From the IMG/VR virus record IMGVR_UViG_3300047290_000102, positions 1 through 33,850 of that record: DNA of 33,850 bases; one strand, 5' to 3'. Each line of letters starts with the position of its first letter. The stretch's first letter is position 1. A program made the position numbers and the translations under genes. Positions 7,906 to 16,441 of this stretch are shown here, piece by piece. Source of the DNA: a virus (taxonomy: Duplodnaviria; Caudoviricetes). A model generated the notes under the pieces. It was not told the origin of the DNA. It searched no databases and saw nothing but the letters and a program-made list of their open reading frames with translations.

Positions 7906-9147
7906 ATGGTGGTACTATCCTTATTTGATGGAATGAGTTGTGGGCAACTTGCCTTGCAAAGATGTGGCATCCCGGTTGAAAAATATTATGCAAGTGAGAT
8001 TGACAAGTTTGCCATCAAAGTCACAAAGCATAATTTTCCAAACACCATCCACATTGGTGATGTTAGACAAATTGATTCATCCAGTTTCAACGATCCAATT
8101 GATATGGTCATTGGTGGTTCACCTTGCCAATCATTCTCCTTTGCCGGTAGAAGGAATGGAATGACCACGGTTGACAATATTGAAATCACAAGTCTTGAAC
8201 AATACCTTGAATTGAAGAAAGCCAACTTTGAATTCCAAGGTGAGTCCTATTTGTTTTGGGAGTTTGTCAGAATAGTCAATGAGTTAAAGCCAAAATATTT
8301 CTTTCTTGAAAATGTAATGATGGAAGAAAGATGGTCATCATTGATAACACAAACACTTGGGGTTCATCCATTGGAAATAAATTCAAGACTTCTATCAGCA
8401 CAAAATAGGAAAAGACTTTACTGGACAAACATTGGCTTGAAGCCACAAGGTTTGTTTGGTGATATGCATCAAAGCATTGAACAACCAAAAGACCTTGGAA
8501 TTTTGCTAAAGGATATCTTGCAAGACAATCCAAATGCGAAGCACTATTTAAGTGAAGAATGGAGCAAAACAATTTTATCTTCTCAATATAATAGAATCAT
8601 AAAAGATATAAATACAAAAACTGATACTTTACTTTCAAGGCAGTCATCCGGTAGTGATATGCTTGGCATCATTGATGAAAAGTATTTCTTGAGTGAAAAG
8701 ATGATTTCTTGGTTAGACAAGCACTCAAAAAAATTAAATGCTGAAATTAAATTTACTGAAGGTGATAGAAAAAGTTCCAGTCTTACTTGTTCCGGTTTAT
8801 CAAAGGTACATTTACAAAGTGACTTTATTGTTCACAATCTACAAAGAAGGTCAGAGAATAGACCAAGCATTGAGAAAAACAAGAATGCCGGTGGTAGTGG
8901 TCATCTATCAAAAGCCGATGGCAAATCATATTGCTTGGATGTGAGTAACTCAATGGCTATTGAAACAACTCAAAATAATATTTATAATAAAAGAATCCGA
9001 AGGTTAACACCAATTGAATGCGAAAGACTGCAAACCGTTCCCGACAACTACACCAGTTGTGTAAGTGATGCCCAAAGGTATAAGATGCTTGGGAATGGAT
9101 GGACAATTGATGTGATTGCACACATATTTAAACACATAGAAAAATGA
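7906..9147 (+). CDS. DNA (cytosine-5)-methyltransferase with an extended variable region
   Basis: Motifs I (LFDGMSCG), IV (GGSPCQSFS), VI (LENV), VIII (QNRKRLY), IX (RRLTPIECERLQ) and X (YKMLGNGW). Confidence 0.95.
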   Translation: MVVLSLFDGMSCGQLALQRCGIPVEKYYASEIDKFAIKVTKHNFPNTIHIGDVRQIDSSSFNDPIDMVIGGSPCQSFSFAGRRNGMTTVDNIEITSLEQYLELKKANFEFQGESYLFWEFVRIVNELKPKYFFLENVMMEERWSSLITQTLGVHPLEINSRLLSAQNRKRLYWTNIGLKPQGLFGDMHQSIEQPKDLGILLKDILQDNPNAKHYLSEEWSKTILSSQYNRIIKDINTKTDTLLSRQSSGSDMLGIIDEKYFLSEKMISWLDKHSKKLNAEIKFTEGDRKSSSLTCSGLSKVHLQSDFIVHNLQRRSENRPSIEKNKNAGGSGHLSKADGKSYCLDVSNSMAIETTQNNIYNKRIRRLTPIECERLQTVPDNYTSCVSDAQRYKMLGNGWTIDVIAHIFKHIEK

Positions 9148-9626
9148 TACAACAACAAAGCGACAATGCCACAAAGTTGGCTTATGAAATGATTGAAAAG
9201 GAATTTGGTTACAAGTGTATCCCGATCCGTGGTCTATACTCTGAAGTGGATGGTTTTGTTCTTGACAAAGATGAATTCAAGTATGTTTATGAAATCAAAG
9301 TGAGGGATTTCAGCTACCAGTATTTGCAAGAACACTTCAACAATGAACTACTGGTTAGCAAATCAAAGATTGATGCCGGTGTAATGCTTTCAAGAATCTG
9401 CAAAATTCCTTTTTACATCTTTGTCTTTTGCCTTAAAGACAAAACACTTTTACTTAAAAGGATAACAGACAACAAAGGTGAGATTGATGCAATCTATAAA
9501 GAGAAAGTAACAACAACAAAAAAGACCATTGAAGGTGGTGAAGCTGATAGGTTGAATGCATTTATTCATATGACTGATTTGGTCATATTACCACACCATC
9601 TTGAATCTGAAATGCAGACACCGTAA
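9144..9626 (+). CDS. PD-(D/E)XK nuclease-fold protein
   Basis: EVDGF...VYEIKVR catalytic-like pattern; ATGA overlap with the methyltransferase. Confidence 0.6.
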   Translation: MIQQQSDNATKLAYEMIEKEFGYKCIPIRGLYSEVDGFVLDKDEFKYVYEIKVRDFSYQYLQEHFNNELLVSKSKIDAGVMLSRICKIPFYIFVFCLKDKTLLLKRITDNKGEIDAIYKEKVTTTKKTIEGGEADRLNAFIHMTDLVILPHHLESEMQTP

Positions 9627-10638
9627 AGTTGCCTTCTTCGTGCAAGTCAATGGTTGCACCTCCTTGAGTCCATTGGTTCAGCACTCCGGTGTATCGTGGT
9701 TTAAGATAGCATAAACAACCAATGCTCCAAGCACTATGCACTTCATCTGCAAGGTTTCTTGATGAATCGTTTTGGTTTTTGTGCCAATGCCCAAACATCA
9801 CATTGACACCTACTCGCATTCTTACTTGCCTTGCAATGTTCACCGTGCCACTCTTTAAACCCAATTCGTGTCCGTGTGCTATCCATAACTTTCCAAACTT
9901 TGCCACCTTATGTTCCGGCACATAAGTGATGTTGTACTTATCAAACTGCAACTGGGTGGGTATATCCAAGCCATAAAGATTGGCAAGTTCATCACATCTT
10001 GTTGCTATATATGATTGAAGTCTTTTCTCGTGGTTGCCATCTTTCCAGTAGATTGGAATTGTTGGGAATAATTTTCTCAAAGACTCCAAGAACTTTCTGC
10101 CCACTTCAATCTCATCTTTCAAATACATCTTGCTTGGCATCTTTTCAAATCTACTCACTTCTTCCATATCCAAGATGTCACCATTCAAATAGATGCCATC
10201 CACTTCCCTCTTTTTGAATTCAGAGAAACAAGCTCTCACCCCATATTGGCAATGGTAAGGAATATGCAAGTCATTGCAGACCCCAAGTCTTTTAATGCCT
10301 TGGATTATGATTGGTTCATTTACTTCTGACCAAGAAATTGGGAAGTCAATAAGGTTGGCTAATGGATCGTTGAAATCCGGTGTTGCCTCAAAGATGGTGG
10401 CACTATCAATGTTGTGTAACATTTGATTTGCTATGTCATCCAAATTTGCCCTATTGTCTTCAATCAATGTTCCATTCCTAATCTTTTGAATGTATTTCCT
10501 TATCGTGTGCCAAGACATTGGGCAGTCGGGAAACAACTTACAAAACAAGGTGGTCAATTCCCTATCACTTAACAAAGCAGTTTGTTGGTTTTCTTCTGCC
10601 TTCTTCAGCCAGTCAATTATTTCTTTTCGTGAATTCAT
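9583..10638 (-). CDS. Calcineurin-like metallophosphoesterase with an N-terminal extension
   Basis: NDLHIP, NGDILD, GNHE, HGHE and GHWH metal-binding motifs. Confidence 0.9.
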   Translation of the reverse strand: MNSRKEIIDWLKKAEENQQTALLSDRELTTLFCKLFPDCPMSWHTIRKYIQKIRNGTLIEDNRANLDDIANQMLHNIDSATIFEATPDFNDPLANLIDFPISWSEVNEPIIIQGIKRLGVCNDLHIPYHCQYGVRACFSEFKKREVDGIYLNGDILDMEEVSRFEKMPSKMYLKDEIEVGRKFLESLRKLFPTIPIYWKDGNHEKRLQSYIATRCDELANLYGLDIPTQLQFDKYNITYVPEHKVAKFGKLWIAHGHELGLKSGTVNIARQVRMRVGVNVMFGHWHKNQNDSSRNLADEVHSAWSIGCLCYLKPRYTGVLNQWTQGGATIDLHEEGNFTVSAFQIQDGVVI

Positions 10639-10987
10639 AGATTTCTGAAATTAGATAGCCAAAGAGATAGGCAAATGATTCTTCATTGCCATTGTTGAAT
10701 TTTTGACCAATATATTTATTGTGCCACATTACAATGTGGAACACTTCGTGGGATATGGTATTAAGGTCGGTGTGCTTAAAGACAATGGCATAATGCCCCG
10801 GAAGGCTATACTCCAAATCATAAGCATAGGCTACTGATGAACTGCCAATTTCAAAGTCTTTGGCTATATGCTTACTCAATTTGTTTTTAATCCTATTCAA
10901 TCGTGTAGCCACTTGCTGACCATTAGCATCAAGAAAAATGTGCAAGGTGAATGGCAAGTGCTTGATATGGATTTTTTTGTACTTCAA
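10613..10987 (-). CDS. Small HExxH zinc-metallopeptidase-like protein
   Basis: TISHEVFH...NEESFAYLFGYL; TTG start. Confidence 0.7.
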   Translation of the reverse strand: MKYKKIHIKHLPFTLHIFLDANGQQVATRLNRIKNKLSKHIAKDFEIGSSSVAYAYDLEYSLPGHYAIVFKHTDLNTISHEVFHIVMWHNKYIGQKFNNGNEESFAYLFGYLISEIYEFTKRNN

Positions 10988-11076
10988 TTTTGCAAAGGTG
11001 CTATGGTGTTGAAAAGAATGGTGTTAACCATATGACTTTAGTGTGTGAATTTACATTAATGGTTAAACAATTCATA

Positions 11077-11084
11077 TATGTTTG
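11077..11084 (+). promoter_or_regulatory. Bacteroidota -7 promoter box for the replication unit
   Basis: TATGTTTG matches TAnnTTTG and is intergenic. Confidence 0.55.
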
Positions 11085-11088
11085 CAAA

Positions 11089-11210
11089 GTATTGTAGGAG
11101 ATACAACAAAAAAGATATTTCAAAAGGGACTGCTCATCTTTTCCCTATCCCCAGTTGTGCCTCCTACCACACTGGGGATTCTTTTTTTAACGCATTAAAA
11201 AAGTAGGAGA
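11089..11210 (+). ncRNA. Structured leader / candidate antisense regulatory RNA
   Basis: GTAGGAGA at 11094 and 11203, the complementary CTCCTAC in a hairpin loop at 11161-11167, and three successive hairpins. Confidence 0.5.
11147..11188 (+). terminator. Intrinsic terminator / attenuator in the leader
   Basis: ATCCCCAGT-T-GTG / CAC-ACTGGGGAT stem followed by TCTTTTTTT. Confidence 0.75.
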
Positions 11211-11369
11211 ATGGTAAACTATTATTTGAGATTTGGAAAGTACAAGGGGTTAACGATCCGTGATGTTATGCGAACAAAAGAAGGTCGCTTATACCTACTT
11301 TGGTTGGCAGACAAAAGGATTGTTGGCAAAAATGAGCAACGATTAATCTACACTTTAATTCATCAATAA
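11211..11369 (+). CDS. Small FGKYKG-motif protein (ExoX C-terminal/DUF3820-like; 52 aa, not in ORF track)
   Basis: MVNYYLRFGKYKGLTIRDV...YLLWL; stop lies 1 nt before the next ATG. Confidence 0.7.
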   Translation: MVNYYLRFGKYKGLTIRDVMRTKEGRLYLLWLADKRIVGKNEQRLIYTLIHQ

Positions 11370-11370
11370 G

Positions 11371-12096
11371 ATGCAAGGAAGGTATATTAAAATGTACCAC
11401 TCCATATGGGAGAAGGGGTGGTCAAAGAAGCCAAATTTGGTGTCATTGTGGGTGTATTTGTTATGCAAAGCAACACACAAGCCAATTGAATACTATTGGA
11501 ATGGACAAACCATTATGCTTCAGAGTGGTCAGTTGATTACCGGAAGGAAAACTTTAAGTGATGAAACTGGCATAAATGAGTCCACCATTGAAAGAGCCTT
11601 ATCATATTTTGAGAAAGAGGGACAAATTGAACAACGAAAATCATCCACAAGTCGCTTGATATCAATCACTAATTGGAGCAAATGGCAACAAGGTGAACAA
11701 CGGATGAACAACGAACGAACAACGGATGAACAACGGATGAACACTAAACAAGATATTACTAATACTATAGATAATATATATTGTCAAGATTCTGAAAAGT
11801 TGGTTCAGTTCATCAATGAGACCTTTTCAAAACGATACAAGCATAGTGACAAAATAGTATCACACTTCAAAGCACGATTGACCAAAGACAAATACACCAA
11901 GCAAGAAATATTTGAAGTCATCAAGGCACTCAAGGAAACCCAGTACCACAAAGACACCAACTTCAAATACTGCACACCGGAGTTTATCTTGCGACAATCA
12001 ACCATTGAGAAATACAAGCACGGTGCTATCAACCAACAACCAACCAATCAACCCAAGTCTAACTCAAACATAATGGATGACTTCTATGGAGACTAA
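11371..12096 (+). CDS. Phage replication initiator (replisome organiser)
   Basis: N-terminal winged-helix pattern (GQLITGRKTLSDETG...ITNWSKWQ), internal iterons, C-terminal YCTPEFILR...EKY; upstream of the helicase. Confidence 0.82.
   Translation: MQGRYIKMYHSIWEKGWSKKPNLVSLWVYLLCKATHKPIEYYWNGQTIMLQSGQLITGRKTLSDETGINESTIERALSYFEKEGQIEQRKSSTSRLISITNWSKWQQGEQRMNNERTTDEQRMNTKQDITNTIDNIYCQDSEKLVQFINETFSKRYKHSDKIVSHFKARLTKDKYTKQEIFEVIKALKETQYHKDTNFKYCTPEFILRQSTIEKYKHGAINQQPTNQPKSNSNIMDDFYGD
11694..11744 (+). repeat. 11-bp tandem iterons (probable replication origin)
   Basis: TGAACAACGGA, TGAACAACGAA, CGAACAACGGA, TGAACAACGGA, TGAACAC, followed by an AT-rich tract. Confidence 0.8.
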
Positions 12097-13438
12097 AAGC
12101 CTACCCCATTCACACGAACTGGAGCAACAAATTCTTTCTGCCCTCATTCAATACACTTCTGCCAAGGATGAACTTGCCTACCTAAAGCCAAACCACTTTT
12201 TTTCTGAAAGCCACCAAATCATTTACCAAGTAATTCAAACCTTGGACTTGGTGAATCTGCAATCAGTCCATCAATATTTGAAAACCAACAAACTATTGGA
12301 CAAGATTGGTGGACTTCAGTACCTAATGCACATCAATGGCTTGTTCCTAAACCAAGCCAGTCTTGACTACTTTGGGAGAATTCTTCAACAATTTTTTATC
12401 AAAAGGGAACTGATAAGGGTCAGCAATGAGGCAATGGCTGAATCCTTTGACCCCACAACTGACTGCTTTGATGTTTTGGATGACTACACCAAGAATATGG
12501 AAAGCATCTTTTCTATCCTTGACCCCCAAACTTCAAGCACTGGTTACATATCAGACCTTGACAATGAACTTGACTTTTTTGCAGAAGCCTTGAAAGGTGA
12601 GCAAAAGACTGGATTAAGCACCGGATTCGCCCATTTAGATAGACATTTCCGTTTTAAGCCAAAATCCTTCGTTTTAATCAACGGACACGATAATGTGGGT
12701 AAGACCTATATAATGCTTTATTTGGCTGTTATATCAAGCCTAATGCATCAATGGAGGTGGATTTTATGTTGTCTTGAGAACCAAGAAGGGAGGGTTAGGC
12801 AAGACCTTATCCAATTCAAGACCGGCAAACACATCAGCCAACTAACAAAGGATGAGTTTGACAAGGAGTATAAATGGGCAACTGATAACTTCACAATTCT
12901 CAAGATAACCAATGAGATAACTGCCGATAGACTTCTACACCTTGCCTCCAAACTTTGCAAGACCTCCCATTATGATGCTTTCTTTATTGACCCATACAAT
13001 GCCTTGGATGTGACCATTAAAGACAAATGGATGTCCAGTCACGAATACCATTACCAAGTCACCAATCGTATGCGTAACTTCATAAAGAAGCACAATTGTT
13101 GTATCTATCTATCCACCCACGCAGTTACCGAAGCCTTACGCAAAATGCATACCAATGGGGAATACAATGGCTTTCCTATGCCTCCCCAAAAAGCCGATGT
13201 GGAAGGTGGTGGTAAATTCGCAAATAGAGCTGATGACTTTATCACGATCCATCGTTATTCGCAACACACAACTGATTTCAATCAAACCCATATCCACATC
13301 AGAAAAATCAAAGACACCCAAACCGGAGGTAGACCTACCACTATTGATGACCCAGTAAGACTTCAAGTCAAGAAAGGATATTTTGGATTTTTTGATATGG
13401 ATGGCTTTAGTCCAATACTATCTTTGCCAAAAAACTGA
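12077..13438 (+). CDS. dnaB: DnaB-like replicative helicase
   Basis: N-terminal LPHSHELEQQIL...FFSESHQIIY; TGF, Walker A GHDNVGKT, FIDPY, RADD. The start may be 12086. Confidence 0.85.
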   Translation: MTSMETKSLPHSHELEQQILSALIQYTSAKDELAYLKPNHFFSESHQIIYQVIQTLDLVNLQSVHQYLKTNKLLDKIGGLQYLMHINGLFLNQASLDYFGRILQQFFIKRELIRVSNEAMAESFDPTTDCFDVLDDYTKNMESIFSILDPQTSSTGYISDLDNELDFFAEALKGEQKTGLSTGFAHLDRHFRFKPKSFVLINGHDNVGKTYIMLYLAVISSLMHQWRWILCCLENQEGRVRQDLIQFKTGKHISQLTKDEFDKEYKWATDNFTILKITNEITADRLLHLASKLCKTSHYDAFFIDPYNALDVTIKDKWMSSHEYHYQVTNRMRNFIKKHNCCIYLSTHAVTEALRKMHTNGEYNGFPMPPQKADVEGGGKFANRADDFITIHRYSQHTTDFNQTHIHIRKIKDTQTGGRPTTIDDPVRLQVKKGYFGFFDMDGFSPILSLPKN

Positions 13439-13439
13439 T

Positions 13440-13742
13440 ATGGTCAAAGGCAAAGAAGCATTTGAATTAATCCTTTCTTCAATTGATGGAATGGTAAAGG
13501 AACATACCTTTCATCCCACAAGAAAGTGGAGATTTGATTTCTACTACCCACCAACCAAAATAGCCTACGAGTTTGAAGGAATCATTGCCTCCAAGTCAAG
13601 GCATACATCCATAACCGGTTACACCAAGGATTGTGAAAAGTACAATGAAGCGAACAAGATGGGTATTAAAGTGTACCGATTCACTCAACTCAACATTCAT
13701 ACTTTGGAACAATACTTACCAAGTGTCACCAAAATCTTTTAA
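13440..13742 (+). CDS. DUF559/Vsr-like endonuclease-fold protein
   Basis: EHTFHPTRKWRFDF...IAYEFEG...RH...DCEKYNEA...VYRFT; ATG 1 nt after the helicase stop. Confidence 0.8.
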   Translation: MVKGKEAFELILSSIDGMVKEHTFHPTRKWRFDFYYPPTKIAYEFEGIIASKSRHTSITGYTKDCEKYNEANKMGIKVYRFTQLNIHTLEQYLPSVTKIF

Positions 13743-13749
13743 CTCTGCT

Positions 13750-13757
13750 TATCTTTG
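13750..13757 (+). promoter_or_regulatory. Bacteroidota -7 promoter box
   Basis: TATCTTTG ending 4 nt before the ATG at 13762. Confidence 0.55.
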
Positions 13758-13761
13758 CTAT

Positions 13762-14022
13762 ATGCCGAAAATCACAAGGTCACAAGCCAAAGACAAAAAG
13801 TATTCAGTTGAAGTCAAAGGAAAGATTATCAACTTTGGTGCTAAAGGCTACCGAATAAAACCCGGTACTGATGCCGGTGATTCATATTGTGCAAGGTCTA
13901 ATGGCATCAAAGGTGCTAACGATCCATCAACTGCAAACTACTGGGCAAGGCAACTATGGTCTTGCAAAGGAGACAAATCAGTTTCATCAAAGCCATTCTT
14001 TGGCAGAACTAAACTCCCATAA
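13762..14022 (+). CDS. Basic phage protein of unknown function
   Basis: KKY...INFG...SYCARS...TANYWARQLW pattern that I recognise from other viral small proteins; ATG 13762 preferred to 13633. Confidence 0.7.
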   Translation: MPKITRSQAKDKKYSVEVKGKIINFGAKGYRIKPGTDAGDSYCARSNGIKGANDPSTANYWARQLWSCKGDKSVSSKPFFGRTKLP

Positions 14023-14024
14023 CT

Positions 14025-14159
14025 ATGCCATTCGTATCCAAATCTCAACAAAGGTTTATTTGTGCTACCGATAAAGAACTTTGCAAAAGGTTTGCATCCA
14101 AGACTCCAAAGAGTGCATACAAGTCACTACCGGAAAAAGTAAAAAAGAAAAAGAAATGA
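14025..14159 (+). CDS. Small lysine-rich protein (44 aa, not in ORF track)
   Basis: MPFVSKSQQRFICATDKELCKRFASKTPKSAYKSLPEKVKKKKK*; fills the gap exactly and has an ATGA overlap downstream. Confidence 0.7.
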   Translation: MPFVSKSQQRFICATDKELCKRFASKTPKSAYKSLPEKVKKKKK

Positions 14160-14335
14160 TTGAAATTGAAGTCAAATACAAAACAAACGAAGAAGAATTC
14201 AATGCAGAAGTGCAACGAATCATTAAGGTTTGTGATGAACTGAAAGCAAAACTCAATGAACTCAAAGTTCAAATTGAAGTGAGTGAAGTGCCAACAAAGA
14301 CTACCACTCAAGTAGAAGCAAGTGGTAAGGTATAG
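14156..14335 (+). CDS. Hypothetical coiled-coil protein
   Basis: MIEIEVKY...; start coupled to the upstream stop. Confidence 0.55.
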   Translation: MIEIEVKYKTNEEEFNAEVQRIIKVCDELKAKLNELKVQIEVSEVPTKTTTQVEASGKV

Positions 14336-14359
14336 AATTGTAACTTTCAATAATTAGCA

Positions 14360-14656
14360 ATGCCATTCAAACCCGGTCAAAGTGGAAATGTAAAAGGTAA
14401 GCCAGTAGGTGCAAAGTCTGAAAAGACCAAGCAATGGGAAGAACTTGCCAATTCAATTGTCAATGAACAATCGGAACAATTCAATGAGTTCCTAATGTCT
14501 TTATGGACTGGCAACAAACAAGACAAGGCTTTGGCATCAGAGCTTTATTTGAAAACTCTTGAATACTTTAAGCCAAGACAAGCAAGAACTGAAGTAAAGC
14601 AAGAGGGAGTGCAACAAATGGAAATCATAATAAAGCGAAAAGATTCTTCGCAATGA
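14360..14656 (+). CDS. terS: Terminase small subunit (DUF5681-like)
   Basis: N-terminal FKPGQSGNxxGKP motif; directly upstream of terL. Confidence 0.75.
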   Translation: MPFKPGQSGNVKGKPVGAKSEKTKQWEELANSIVNEQSEQFNEFLMSLWTGNKQDKALASELYLKTLEYFKPRQARTEVKQEGVQQMEIIIKRKDSSQ

Positions 14657-14658
14657 TA

Positions 14659-14729
14659 TCCCAGTTGATGTAAATGGTAACACTGCCTCTTTATGAGGTT
14701 GAATGGGGGTTCAATTCCCCCACTGGGAA
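14659..14729 (+). tRNA. tRNA-like element with a shortened anticodon arm (pseudo-tRNA or TTA anticodon)
   Basis: Acceptor TCCCAGT/ACTGGGA, D arm ATGT-AAATGGTA-ACAC, anticodon stem GCCTC/GAGGT with a 5-nt loop TTTAT, T arm GGGGG-TTCAATT-CCCCC. Confidence 0.75.
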
Positions 14730-14732
14730 CAA

Positions 14733-16040
14733 ATGCAAGTCACATTAGAACTTCAGACACCACACCCCAAGCAAAGGGAATTGCTTGAGAATCGTAAAAG
14801 GTTCAATGTGCTGAAATGTGGGCGAAGGTTTGGCAAGACTGAACTTTGCCAAGAGTTGATTCTTGAAGCCTTTGAGCAAGGTCATTACATAGGCTACTTT
14901 TCTCCAACTTACAAAGACCTTTGGGAGGTATGGCGAACAACTCTGAACAACTTCTACCCGGTCATTAAGACCAAATCGGAAACGGTCAAACAAGCCATCT
15001 TTGTCAATGGTGGCAAGGTGGACTTTTGGTCAATGGAAGACCCTAATAGTGGAAGGGGTCGCAAATATCATAGGGTAATAATTGATGAGTGCGAAAAGGC
15101 ATTGAAGTTTGAAGAGGCTTGGACTCAAGCAATATCCCCAACACTAACTGACTTTGGTGGGGATGCTTACTTTCTTTCAACCCCCCAATTTGGTGACACT
15201 TACTTTAAGAGGTTATGCAAACAAGAATTGGAGTCACCACAAAACTGGAAGACCTTTGTTTATTCCACATATGACAACCCACACATTGACCGGAATGAAA
15301 TTGAAATGATGAGGTCAATCTTGCCTCCATTGGTGTTCCAATGTGAATACTTGGCAGAAGATGTGGATGGCAAATCAATGAATCCTTTCTTGTATGCACT
15401 CAATACTGAAGTCCACTTTGACAACAATGTTCAGTTGGATTGGAAGAAACAATTGCAGATAGGGATTGACTTTAACCTTAATCCTTTTGCAGTAGTGTTT
15501 GCCAACATTTGGAGGGATGAAGCCGGACTTCATATCAACATAGTCAATGAACTATCAATTGAGAATGGATCGTTGCAATCAATGGCACAAAAGATAAAGG
15601 CACTTTACAACCCACTTATCTTTAATGCAAAGATGACCGGTGATGCAATGGGCAACAATCGTAACATAGCAGTAAGTGACAATGCCAGTAACTACGAAAC
15701 ATTGAGAAGGCTACTTGGGATGAGGCAAGGTCAAATCATTGTGCCTCCCAATCCAACACACGAACAAAGCCGAAACGATTTCAACTACCTTTTGCATATC
15801 AGTCAAGACCCACGCAACAAGATATTCTTGAAGGTCAATCCAACCAATTGCAAAGGCTTGGCTAATGATATGAAGGTGGTGCAATGTGATGCTGAAGGAA
15901 GCATAATAAAGGGAAATCGTAAAGACATAACCCAAAAGGCTGACCACTTGGATTGTGCAAGGTATCTGATAAATACTTTTGTGAAAGGTGAGATTGAAAG
16001 ACATCAAAAAACTAACTTTGGAAAAATTACATTCAAATGA
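14733..16040 (+). CDS. terL: Terminase large subunit
   Basis: PHPKQ, GRRFGKT (Walker A), VIIDE (Walker B), LSTP, GIDFN, DHLDCARY. ATG 14733 preferred because 14703 is inside the tRNA-like element. Confidence 0.93.
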   Translation: MQVTLELQTPHPKQRELLENRKRFNVLKCGRRFGKTELCQELILEAFEQGHYIGYFSPTYKDLWEVWRTTLNNFYPVIKTKSETVKQAIFVNGGKVDFWSMEDPNSGRGRKYHRVIIDECEKALKFEEAWTQAISPTLTDFGGDAYFLSTPQFGDTYFKRLCKQELESPQNWKTFVYSTYDNPHIDRNEIEMMRSILPPLVFQCEYLAEDVDGKSMNPFLYALNTEVHFDNNVQLDWKKQLQIGIDFNLNPFAVVFANIWRDEAGLHINIVNELSIENGSLQSMAQKIKALYNPLIFNAKMTGDAMGNNRNIAVSDNASNYETLRRLLGMRQGQIIVPPNPTHEQSRNDFNYLLHISQDPRNKIFLKVNPTNCKGLANDMKVVQCDAEGSIIKGNRKDITQKADHLDCARYLINTFVKGEIERHQKTNFGKITFK

Positions 16041-16441
16041 ACTGCAAGAATTGTATAAAGGTTAACCCATTGCCCAAGTGTGTGGATGCTGATGGGGTCA
16101 TTATATTAAGCAACATAATTCTTACTACTGCCTTGAACACGGAAGTGTTTGCAGTCTTACACAATTACTCAAGTGACCACACCACTATGTGGACTGCCAC
16201 CATTGATGGCAATGGCAACATCATTGAAACAAATGGAGTGGCAACAAGTGGCTTGGACATAACTGATGCTTATGACTTGATGAACCACCACTATCAAATT
16301 GAATTCCTTGACAAGATAACCTTGGAAAGCCTTGAGATTACCATTGATGAGCAAGTGGGTTGTTGCATTGACTTTTATGTTGAGAAAGCAATAAAAGGTG
16401 ATGGAATTTTTACCATAAGCACTACCGGTTGCAATGTCTGA
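16037..16441 (+). CDS. Hypothetical Cys-containing protein, possibly virion-associated
   Basis: ATGA-coupled to terL; beta-rich and acidic. Confidence 0.6.
   Translation: MNCKNCIKVNPLPKCVDADGVIILSNIILTTALNTEVFAVLHNYSSDHTTMWTATIDGNGNIIETNGVATSGLDITDAYDLMNHHYQIEFLDKITLESLEITIDEQVGCCIDFYVEKAIKGDGIFTISTTGCNV

Noticed and set aside
14703-14732. Upstream start for terL
   Set aside because: It falls in the T arm and acceptor stem of the tRNA-like element.
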